NCBI GenBank assembly: GCA_947085205.1 | Contig: CAMTVO010000060.1 | Coordinates: 1-29,646, forward strand | Direction: 5' to 3' | DNA length: 29,646 bases | From: an uncultured Nitrospiraceae bacterium | GTDB taxonomy: Bacteria; Nitrospirota; Thermodesulfovibrionia; Thermodesulfovibrionales; Dissulfurispiraceae | Shown: positions 1 through 7,446 of the stretch, piece by piece | Numbering within the stretch: position 1 is the stretch's first letter | Layout: the number at the start of each line of letters is the position of its first letter | Notes under the pieces: model-generated | Databases searched by the model: none | Seen by the model: the letters and a program-made list of their open reading frames with translations, nothing else | What the model was told of the DNA's origin: nothing | Made by a program: the position numbers and the translations under genes

Positions 1-1040
1 TGCATTGCCCTCCGCTGCCTTCTTTGACTCTGTCCATTTTTCTTTTGCCTCTTCAGGAGTCTTTGGAAGCGCCTTTATCTGTTTTTCAATTGCCTCTTTT
101 TTTTAGCAGGCGCATCTGCAGGCAGCGCTGCTAATTTAGCCTGAAGCTTTTTTCTTTCTACATCAAGACTTGCAGGCAACCCCTTTATCTTTTCATCAAT
201 ATCCTGCACTTGCTTTTTCCATAAGTCCCGAACCTCCTGTTCCTTAGGGCTAACTATAATCTCTTTTTCCTTTGCATCAATTTTCTGGAGGACCTGTCCA
301 TACATAATCTGCGGCGCAGGCACGCCTGTAATCTTTGTTGACATAACAAAAACAGGAATCAGGTATGCGATAATGAGAATAATGTACTGAGCAACCTGTG
401 TCCATGTAACAGCCCTCATGCCGCCAAGAACCGAGCAGACTAAAACACCCATCAGTCCTACAAACACCCCGATCTCAAATGGAATGCCCAAGAATCGGCT
501 TGTGATAATGCCGACGCCTGTAACCTGCGCAACGAGGTAAGTGAAAGAGGTTATCAGAGCGGCAAGAATGCCTGCATTTCTTGCAAAATTGCCACCGTAT
601 CTCATGCCTAAAAAATCAGGGATTGTGAATTGTCCGAATTTTCTTAAATACGGGGCAAGGAATACAGCAAGGAGAACATATCCGCCTGTCCATCCCATGA
701 TATACGCCAATCCGTCATAACCTAACATATAAATGGTTCCAGCCATCCCGATAAACGACGCGGCGGACATCCAGTCGGAGCCTGTTGCCATGCCATTAAA
801 TACCGCAGGAACCGCCCTGCCGGCAACATAATACTGGGATACCTTTGCGGTTCTGCTCAAGACGCCGATCATTGCATAAACGCCGATGGTAACGGCCATA
901 AATATCCAGCCGATGTATTTGGGCTGCAGCCCCATCTGCTCTGCTATTCCGAGGGCAATAACAAAGGCGACAAAAACGCCCGTGTAAATACCATAAATCT
1001 TTCCAAGATTTTGGGTAAATGTTGATGATTCTTTTGCCAT
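1..1040 (-). CDS. Sodium:solute symporter, ActP/VC_2705-like (SLC5), 5' part. The frame breaks at an A8 run (97-104) and continues in the -1 frame off the window edge
   Basis: SSS motifs YYVAGR, GMATGSDWMSAASFIG, GWTGGY, TIPDFLGMRY, GGMRAVTWTQVAQY. ATG at 1040 follows GAGGAGGAG-TAA-G, so the ORF-track start at 1076 is too long. After the A8 run the -1 frame reads EAIEKQIKALPKTPEEAKEKWTESKKAAEGNA with no stop to position 1. Confidence 0.85.
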
Positions 1041-1041
1041 C

Positions 1042-1302
1042 TTACTCCTCCTCCTCAACACCGTATTTTTTGTCAAGGATATTCATTTTGTAGGCATAAT
1101 AGAATATGAGGACGACAAATACAATGAGAGAGCCTTGTGCGCCCATGTAGTATCCGAGTGGAAAGCCAAAGATAACGATGTTGTTCAGGGCGCTCACGAT
1201 TACCGCGGCGCCGTAGGAGACAATTGCCCATATAATAAGGGTAATTGTCGTGAGTTTCTTGTTTTCCTGCCAATATGCTTGCAGCGTCTTTTTGTCAACC
1301 AT
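1042..1302 (-). CDS. DUF4212 family small membrane protein (putative solute:sodium symporter small subunit)
   Basis: 86 aa with two hydrophobic segments, motifs YWQEN, GFPLGYYMGAQGS and LDKKYGV. Strong SD AAGGAGGAGG. Lies directly upstream of the symporter. Confidence 0.88.
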   Translation of the reverse strand: MVDKKTLQAYWQENKKLTTITLIIWAIVSYGAAVIVSALNNIVIFGFPLGYYMGAQGSLIVFVVLIFYYAYKMNILDKKYGVEEEE

Positions 1303-1330
1303 TTTCCCTCCTCCTTACTTAAACTTACAC

Positions 1331-1358
1331 TTTGAGATTTGAAATTTGAGATTTGAAA
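1331..1358. repeat. Heptamer tandem repeat (TTTGARA)x4
   Basis: TTTGAGA TTTGAAA TTTGAGA TTTGAAA read directly. Confidence 0.9.
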
Positions 1359-1381
1359 TTTTTCCCTATCACCTCCCTCCC

Positions 1382-2047
1382 CTATGGTTTGCCTATAAGT
1401 AGCAGTTCCCTGACGGTTTTTACTCCCAGCTTCGGAAGATACCCGAGGAACCGCTGAAAAAGTTGTGCTGTAATAAAAGCGTCCACAAGCGCATTATGCG
1501 CTTCTGTTATCTGTATCTTGTAATTCTTTGCGATGGAGAACAGGTCTTTTTCCCTGTCTCCTCCGAAATGCCTGCTGAAATCTCCGCTGTGATGCTTTAT
1601 CCAGTCGTGAATTTTATAGGTGTCGACAACAGGATTATCAAAGGTACGGCCCGACAGCCTTTTCAGTTCCATATTGATGAAAGTCAAATCAAGGGATATG
1701 AAATGTCCCACTACTACGCACCCTTCGCAAAATGCCAGAAAGTCGTCGATAACGCTCCCTATGGAAGGCTTTCCCGCTGTCTCGGCAGGCGTAATGCCGT
1801 GAACAACAACGCTTTCTGCAGTAAGTTCGGTGGACGGACTTACTATTTTATAAAAGGTTTCTCCTATTTTTATCATTGTGCCGGACATCTTCACTGCTCC
1901 TACGGATACGATGGAGTCGCTCTTCGGATTAAGACCGGTGAGCTCTGTATCCATAACAACATAGTCGTAATAATGCATAGGCCTTTTCTGAAAGTCCGGA
2001 GAATAATCCTCGCTGAATTTTCTTCGGAATAACCCTGATAGCATCAT
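1382..2047 (-). CDS. DEDDh 3'-5' exonuclease (DnaQ/PolIII epsilon-like, stand-alone)
   Basis: ExoI DTELTG, ExoII GHFISLD, ExoIII HNALVDA all intact. ATGA overlap with the upstream DUF294 gene at 2044-2047. Confidence 0.9.
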   Translation of the reverse strand: MMLSGLFRRKFSEDYSPDFQKRPMHYYDYVVMDTELTGLNPKSDSIVSVGAVKMSGTMIKIGETFYKIVSPSTELTAESVVVHGITPAETAGKPSIGSVIDDFLAFCEGCVVVGHFISLDLTFINMELKRLSGRTFDNPVVDTYKIHDWIKHHSGDFSRHFGGDREKDLFSIAKNYKIQITEAHNALVDAFITAQLFQRFLGYLPKLGVKTVRELLLIGKP

Positions 2048-3960
2048 CCTCCCACCATACCCGGACCATACTGGTCAATCATAATACCCTGCATTTTTGA
2101 TATAACTTGAAAAGATTCTTTCAGAGACTTTTTTTCGAGGCTGCTCAGTTTTCCGGGCTTTATAAAGTTGTCGAGAGCCTGTCCCCTTTCTATCTGCTCC
2201 AGTTGATTATGTATCCTCAAAAGGGTGATAAACTCAAAAGAGTGTTCAAGCTCACCCCCCATTTCCCTGAATAATGCGTTCTTCTCCTTAAGCGCCTTAA
2301 TACGCTCAAGCGTGGATGTCTCTGAGATGCCTGCCTCAAGTGCAAAGAGCCTTACGCTGTCCACAAGAGGGCCTATGCCGTTGATCTTCAGATCCAGTTT
2401 ATCCTTATGTTCGCCGGTTTTTTCGACAATAAAAGTTTTTAGAAAACCGAGCGGCGGTCTGTTTTTGACAACTACGCCTGCCATTTTTGCAAAAAACAGG
2501 TTTTGTCCTTTGAGTGTTTTCACAAGATATGCCCTGAGGTTTTCCGTAAGACCGGCATCTCCATAGAGCGGCCTGAAATCAAAAAATATGAGGGATTTAA
2601 GTATAGAATCCGGAGTCGGGCTGGATATCCACTTGGAGAAGTATTTCTTCCATACGCTTAAAGGCTGGCGCCACTCCGGGTTGCTGGCCATGTAATTGGC
2701 AGGACATAGTGGAAACCCGCACTTGACAAGGCTTTCTTTTACGAATTCGGTAAATCCTGCGAAATACCTCTTTGCCTCCTCCATTTTTTCCGGCGCGTCA
2801 ATATCGGCATAAATGATTGCATTGTCCTGGTCTGTTTTAAAGGTCTGCTCCTTTCTGCCCTCACTGCCGTATACTATCCAGCAGTACGCAACAGGCGGCT
2901 TTCCGAACTTCATCTCGGCGATCTCCAAAACCTTCTTTGCCAGCCTGTCGTTTAACTCGGTGAGTATTTTCGTAATATTGCTCGCCATAGCCCCCTCTTT
3001 AAGGAGCAGCCCTATTACCCTGTTCACTTTTTTAGACATAGGAATTAGGCCTTCGATAGTGCGCTGGTTTTCGATGTCCTTTACAAATGAAAAAGGCGAA
3101 CTGCCCTGAAGCATCATGAGGTCGTGGTTCGTCAAAATCCCTTTTAATTCCCCATCCTTTATTACAAGGATATGGTGCACATTGTGTTTCACCATCTTTA
3201 AAAGGGCATCAAAACAATAGTCCCTGGCATCGACCCTGATGAGCGGTGGGGACATTATGTTTTTTACAGGCTCCTGAAAATCCCTGCCTTTGGCAACAAC
3301 CCTCTCCCTCAGGTCCCTGTCCGTAATTATGCCGATAGGAAGATTGCTTTTATCGGTGACTATAAGGGAACTAATCTTATTGGTTGCCATTTTCTGTGCA
3401 GCCTCTTGTATGGAGGCGTCTTCTTTAATGGTGACCACCCTTTTTGTCGCCAGTTCTCCAATCTGCGTTGTGAACAATAGATGGTCGCTGCTTCCGTAAT
3501 AAAGACTTTTATTATGCATCTCTTTGTATGTTGTATTGATGTATTTACTGAAATGTGATTTAAGGAAATACTCCATAACCTCCGGTTTTGAATCAAAAAA
3601 TCCCATAACTCTCTTTTTGTCGATGAGGTAGCAAACGGTATCGTCCACCGCTGTAACGGTTGTCCGCTGCCTGTCCCCGCTGAGAAGGGAAACCAGACCG
3701 AAGGTATCCCCGTCGCCTCTGTACTCTATCACCGTGTCTTCACCTGCTTCGGATTTCAGAGAGACCCTGACAGCCCCTCTTTTAATAATCCTCAAATATT
3801 CGGACGGGGTGCCGTCTTCCCTCAAAATAGCCGTATCCTTAGCATAAAAGTCCATGGTCATATTAATAGCCAACGCAGCAAGCTCACTCTCCTCCAGCAA
3901 GTGAAAGGGGGGTATTTTTTTTAGAAAACCTACAACCTCATTTATAATAGTAGTAGACAT
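2044..3960 (-). CDS. cNMP-binding / CBS pair / DUF294 putative nucleotidyltransferase, paralog 2
   Basis: N-terminal cNMP fold (GDTFG), CBS pair (GIITDRDLR, GILTNHDL), GlnD-like NTase motif YGSEGRKEQTFKTDQDNAII, DFRPLYG, C-terminal DLKINGIGPLVD. Confidence 0.9.
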   Translation of the reverse strand: MSTTIINEVVGFLKKIPPFHLLEESELAALAINMTMDFYAKDTAILREDGTPSEYLRIIKRGAVRVSLKSEAGEDTVIEYRGDGDTFGLVSLLSGDRQRTTVTAVDDTVCYLIDKKRVMGFFDSKPEVMEYFLKSHFSKYINTTYKEMHNKSLYYGSSDHLLFTTQIGELATKRVVTIKEDASIQEAAQKMATNKISSLIVTDKSNLPIGIITDRDLRERVVAKGRDFQEPVKNIMSPPLIRVDARDYCFDALLKMVKHNVHHILVIKDGELKGILTNHDLMMLQGSSPFSFVKDIENQRTIEGLIPMSKKVNRVIGLLLKEGAMASNITKILTELNDRLAKKVLEIAEMKFGKPPVAYCWIVYGSEGRKEQTFKTDQDNAIIYADIDAPEKMEEAKRYFAGFTEFVKESLVKCGFPLCPANYMASNPEWRQPLSVWKKYFSKWISSPTPDSILKSLIFFDFRPLYGDAGLTENLRAYLVKTLKGQNLFFAKMAGVVVKNRPPLGFLKTFIVEKTGEHKDKLDLKINGIGPLVDSVRLFALEAGISETSTLERIKALKEKNALFREMGGELEHSFEFITLLRIHNQLEQIERGQALDNFIKPGKLSSLEKKSLKESFQVISKMQGIMIDQYGPGMVGG

Positions 3961-3975
3961 AAGCCTGATTGATTT

Positions 3976-3992
3976 AGCAAATTGAATGCCAG
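3976..3992 (-). promoter_or_regulatory. sigma54 (-24/-12) promoter
   Basis: Minus strand CTGGCATTCAATTTGCT has GG-N10-GC and closely matches consensus TGGCAC-N5-TTGCW. A sigma54 activator is encoded 2 kb upstream. Confidence 0.85.
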
Positions 3993-4028
3993 TGCAAAAA
4001 CGAGGGAAACAAGCTGAAAATCACGAAA

Positions 4029-4041
4029 AATCAACGAATTA
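4029..4041 (+). promoter_or_regulatory. IHF binding site
   Basis: AATCAACGAATTA fits WATCAANNNNTTR and lies between the -24/-12 element and the putative activator sites. Confidence 0.65.
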
Positions 4042-4074
4042 TTATATTGCCGAACCGAAAAAGCTTCCGGATTT

Positions 4075-4178
4075 GTAACAAAAAGTAATCCATAACACAA
4101 AAGGTAACATTATTTGAAAAAATTATATTTTTTCTTGCTTATTAGCAGGTTATCTTTTTTGCTCTCGGTTCATGTTAC
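4075..4178. promoter_or_regulatory. Putative upstream activator sites (GTAACA/TGTTAC hexamers)
   Basis: GTAACA at 4075 and 4104, variants GTAATC at 4085 and ATAACA at 4092, TGTTAC at 4173. They lie about 85-190 bp upstream of the -24 element. Confidence 0.55.
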
Positions 4179-6076
4179 CAGATTAACGCCTTATAGCTCT
4201 CCATGAGCATATCCTGAAGTTTTGATATTAAATGGAATGTATCTTTTAGGGTCTTTCTTTCGAGATTGCTTAAATGCTTCGGGTTAACGAAATTGTCGGG
4301 GGCTTTCCCTGCCTTTGTCTGCTCGATCTGGTTGTGCATCCTCAGAAGCGTGATGAACTCAAACGCATGCTCCAGTTCATCGCCGTATTCTTTAATTATT
4401 GCATGACTGCCTCTCAATGCTTCTATCCTCTCGATAGTAGACGTCTCCTTTATGCCCTTTTCAAGACTGAAGAGCCTTACAATATCTATTAGCGGAGTAA
4501 TTCCCTTTATTTTAAGATTCAGTTCGTCTTTATGCTCTCCGCTCTTTTCGACCACGAATGACTTCATGAATCCTATGGGCGGCCTGTTCCTGACGATCAT
4601 ATTCGCCAGATACCCTAAAAATACCTTTTGCCCTTCGAGCATGGAAATGAGGGAATCCCTCAGTTCTTCCGCAAGGCTGAATTCTCCGTAAATGGGTCTG
4701 AAATCGAAGAATATCAGAGAGTTCAGAACTGCATTCGGCGTCGGCGTCGCAATCCAGTTGTTGAAATGCTTTTTCCATACGCTTAACGGCTGACACCATT
4801 CCGGATTAGCGGCCATGTAATCGCCATGGCATAAGGGAAAACCGCACTTGACAAGGCCATCTCTAACGAAGAGGGCAAAATCAGCGAAATACCTCTTTGC
4901 CCTCTCCCTCTCTTCCTCTGTTTTTATATCTGCATAAATAATTGCATTGTCTTGGTCCGTTTTGAAGGTCTGCTCCTTTCTGCCCTCACTGCCGTATGTT
5001 ATCCAGCAAAAGGGTACAGGCGGATAGCCGTGTTTCTTTTCCGCAAGCTCAAGTATCTTCCTTACCAGCCTGTCGTTCAATTCGGTTATAATCCTGGTAA
5101 TATTGCCGGCCTTTGCGCCTTCTTTAAGGAGCAGTCCAACGATGTTGTTTATCTTTCTTGAGACAGGAATAAGCCCCTCTACCGTGTGCTGGCTTTCTAT
5201 GTCCTTAGCAAAAGAGAGGGGAGATGTGCCCTGAAGCATCATGAGGTCGTGATTGGTGAGCACGCCCTTTAATTTTCCGTCTTTTATAACGAGGATATGG
5301 TGGACGTTATGCTTCACCATCTTTAAGACCGCCTCAAAGCAAAAGTCCTTAGCATCAACCCTTATCAGGGGCGACGACATTATGGCGCTGACCGTATCAG
5401 TTACTTCACTCCCCCTCGCAACTACCTTCTCCCGCAGATCCCTGTCCGTTATAATGCCTATGGGAAGATTTTTGTCATCAACTATAATCAGGGAGCTTAT
5501 CTTCTTTTTTGCCATTATCTTTGCCGATTCCTGAATAGTCGTATTTTCGTTTACAGTCGCCACATCCTTTGTTGCGATTTCTCCTATCTGTGTCGTAAAA
5601 AGCAGGTGGTCACTGCTCCCATAGAAAAGGCTTTTTGTGTGCAATTCCCTATATGTTTTCTCTATGTATTTTGTAAAGTGTGTCTTAAGAAAATGCTCTG
5701 TGAATGCAGAGTTTGAATCTATGAGTTTTAAAACCTTATCTTTGCTCAGGAGATAGCATATGGTGTCGTCCACTGCAGTAACTGTTGTCTTCTGGCGGCC
5801 TTCCCCCATAAGGGATATGAGTCCAAAGGTATCGCCTTCGCCCCTGTAATCAATCACCATCTCTTCTCCTTCCTCTGATTTGATAGAGACCTTAACTCCT
5901 CCCTTTTTTATGATGCGCAAATATTCGCTGGCAGGACCGTCCTGCTTAAGGATAACGGTGTCCTTGGGATAAAACTCCATGGATAGACTTCCGGCCAGGG
6001 TTTTGAGAAACGGCTCTTCAAGAAACTGAAAAGGCGGAACATTTTTTAAAAACCCTATGACATCGTCGATAATCAT
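4175..6076 (-). CDS. cNMP-binding / CBS pair / DUF294 putative nucleotidyltransferase, paralog 1
   Basis: Same architecture and identical catalytic motif YGSEGRKEQTFKTDQDNAII. Colinear with 2044..3960 along the whole length. Confidence 0.9.
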   Translation of the reverse strand: MIIDDVIGFLKNVPPFQFLEEPFLKTLAGSLSMEFYPKDTVILKQDGPASEYLRIIKKGGVKVSIKSEEGEEMVIDYRGEGDTFGLISLMGEGRQKTTVTAVDDTICYLLSKDKVLKLIDSNSAFTEHFLKTHFTKYIEKTYRELHTKSLFYGSSDHLLFTTQIGEIATKDVATVNENTTIQESAKIMAKKKISSLIIVDDKNLPIGIITDRDLREKVVARGSEVTDTVSAIMSSPLIRVDAKDFCFEAVLKMVKHNVHHILVIKDGKLKGVLTNHDLMMLQGTSPLSFAKDIESQHTVEGLIPVSRKINNIVGLLLKEGAKAGNITRIITELNDRLVRKILELAEKKHGYPPVPFCWITYGSEGRKEQTFKTDQDNAIIYADIKTEEERERAKRYFADFALFVRDGLVKCGFPLCHGDYMAANPEWCQPLSVWKKHFNNWIATPTPNAVLNSLIFFDFRPIYGEFSLAEELRDSLISMLEGQKVFLGYLANMIVRNRPPIGFMKSFVVEKSGEHKDELNLKIKGITPLIDIVRLFSLEKGIKETSTIERIEALRGSHAIIKEYGDELEHAFEFITLLRMHNQIEQTKAGKAPDNFVNPKHLSNLERKTLKDTFHLISKLQDMLMESYKALIW

Positions 6077-6099
6077 ATTTTAAACCTTTATTACAGATT

Positions 6100-7446
6100 T
6101 TATTCCCTCGTTATTCCCCATCTCTTTCTCTTTTCCCATAGGGACTTCCTTGTAATGCCCAACATGTCGGCAAGCTGCTGCTCATTGAATTCATTCTGGT
6201 ATTTCTGTATAAATGCCTTTGTATAATCTTCGATTGACAGCTTATCGGTAAGGGTCTGCTTCAGGAAAGCCCTCTCTATCTTTACTCCCTCCGGCAGATG
6301 TTCAGGTTTGATGGCGCCGTAATCCGATATGAGGATTGCCCTTTCTATGATATTCTGAAGCTCCCTGATATTGCCGGGCCACTGGTATGTCTTTAATATC
6401 TTCAATGCGCTGTCTTCTATTTCGTTTACATTTTTGCCGAGTTCATTAGCATATTTCTGAATAAAATACCAGACAAGAACCTCTACGTCCTCTTTCCTTT
6501 CCCTCAATGGCGGAAGCTTTATGGTAATGACATTTATCCTGTAAAACAGGTCTTCCCTGAATCTCCCCTCTCTCAGTTCATTTTCTATATTCTTATTTGT
6601 CGCGAATATAAATCTATTGTCAACCTTAATGCTTCGGGTTCCGCCAACAGGCCTTATCTCCTGATCCTCCAGAATTCTGAGCAGCTTTGATTGAAGCCCG
6701 ATGCTCAGGTCTCCGATTTCATCGAGGAATACAGTGCCTCCGTCTGCTTCTTCAAAGAGTCCCTTCTTTGAGGTTATTGCGCCTGTGAATGCGCCTTTTA
6801 CATGGCCAAAAAGCTCGGACTCAAGGAGATTTTCGGGTATCGCGCTGCAGTTTATGGGTATAAACGGCTTGTCTGTCCTGCTGCTGTTAAAGTGTATTGC
6901 CCTTGCAATCAACTCTTTACCTGTCCCTGTTTCTCCGAGTAAAAGCACATTGCTCCTTGCGTCTGCAATCTTTTTCACCTCGCTTATTATCTTCTGCATA
7001 GCAGAACTTTCGCCGATTATCCTGCTAAAGTCGTACTGCCTTTCTATCTGCTTTTTAAGGAGGATATTCTCTGCCTGAAGGGACCTCTGTTTAAGTGCGT
7101 TTTTTACTATCTGTTTTATCTCTTCATGGATTATCGGCTTTACCACATAATCATAGGCTCCTGCCCTGAGCGCTTTTACAGCGGTCTCCAGCGAAGCATA
7201 CGCCGTAACTATAATTACAACCTGCTCGGAAAACTTTTCCTTTATTCGTTTAAGGAGTTCTATGCCGTCGATTCCGGGAAGGACTATGTCGCTGATTATG
7301 AGGTCGTAGATGTTTTCTTCGAGAGTGTCGAGGGCTGATTCTGCGCTGTTGACGGTATCAACCTCATAGCCCTCCCTCAAAAACACCCTTTTTAGGGAAG
7401 AGCTGAGGGTCTCTTCGTCTTCAACTATGAGTAATCTTTCAGACAT
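6100..7446 (-). CDS. sigma54-dependent response regulator (NtrC family, CbrB-like)
   Basis: Receiver domain (IVEDE, ISDIVLPGIDG), Walker A GETGTGKE, GAFTGA, Walker B VFLDEIG, WPGNIRELQN, C-terminal HTH LADMLGITRKSLWEKRKRWGI. Confidence 0.95.
   Translation of the reverse strand: MSERLLIVEDEETLSSSLKRVFLREGYEVDTVNSAESALDTLEENIYDLIISDIVLPGIDGIELLKRIKEKFSEQVVIIVTAYASLETAVKALRAGAYDYVVKPIIHEEIKQIVKNALKQRSLQAENILLKKQIERQYDFSRIIGESSAMQKIISEVKKIADARSNVLLLGETGTGKELIARAIHFNSSRTDKPFIPINCSAIPENLLESELFGHVKGAFTGAITSKKGLFEEADGGTVFLDEIGDLSIGLQSKLLRILEDQEIRPVGGTRSIKVDNRFIFATNKNIENELREGRFREDLFYRINVITIKLPPLRERKEDVEVLVWYFIQKYANELGKNVNEIEDSALKILKTYQWPGNIRELQNIIERAILISDYGAIKPEHLPEGVKIERAFLKQTLTDKLSIEDYTKAFIQKYQNEFNEQQLADMLGITRKSLWEKRKRWGITRE

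Noticed and set aside
1041..1076. N-terminal extension MTKNTVLRRRSK of the symporter ORF
   Set aside because: It overlaps the DUF4212 gene. The ATG at 1040 has a strong SD and a 1-bp gap.
1382..2047. Calling the exonuclease dnaQ because it is near dnaN and gyrase genes
   Set aside because: It is coupled to the DUF294 gene in a transport operon and lacks an evident C-terminal alpha-binding tail.
1382..6076. CBASS or toxin-antitoxin type defence interpretation of the NTase plus nuclease
   Set aside because: The NTase is GlnD-like with cNMP and CBS sensors, there are no Cap effectors or mobility genes, and the context is metabolic.
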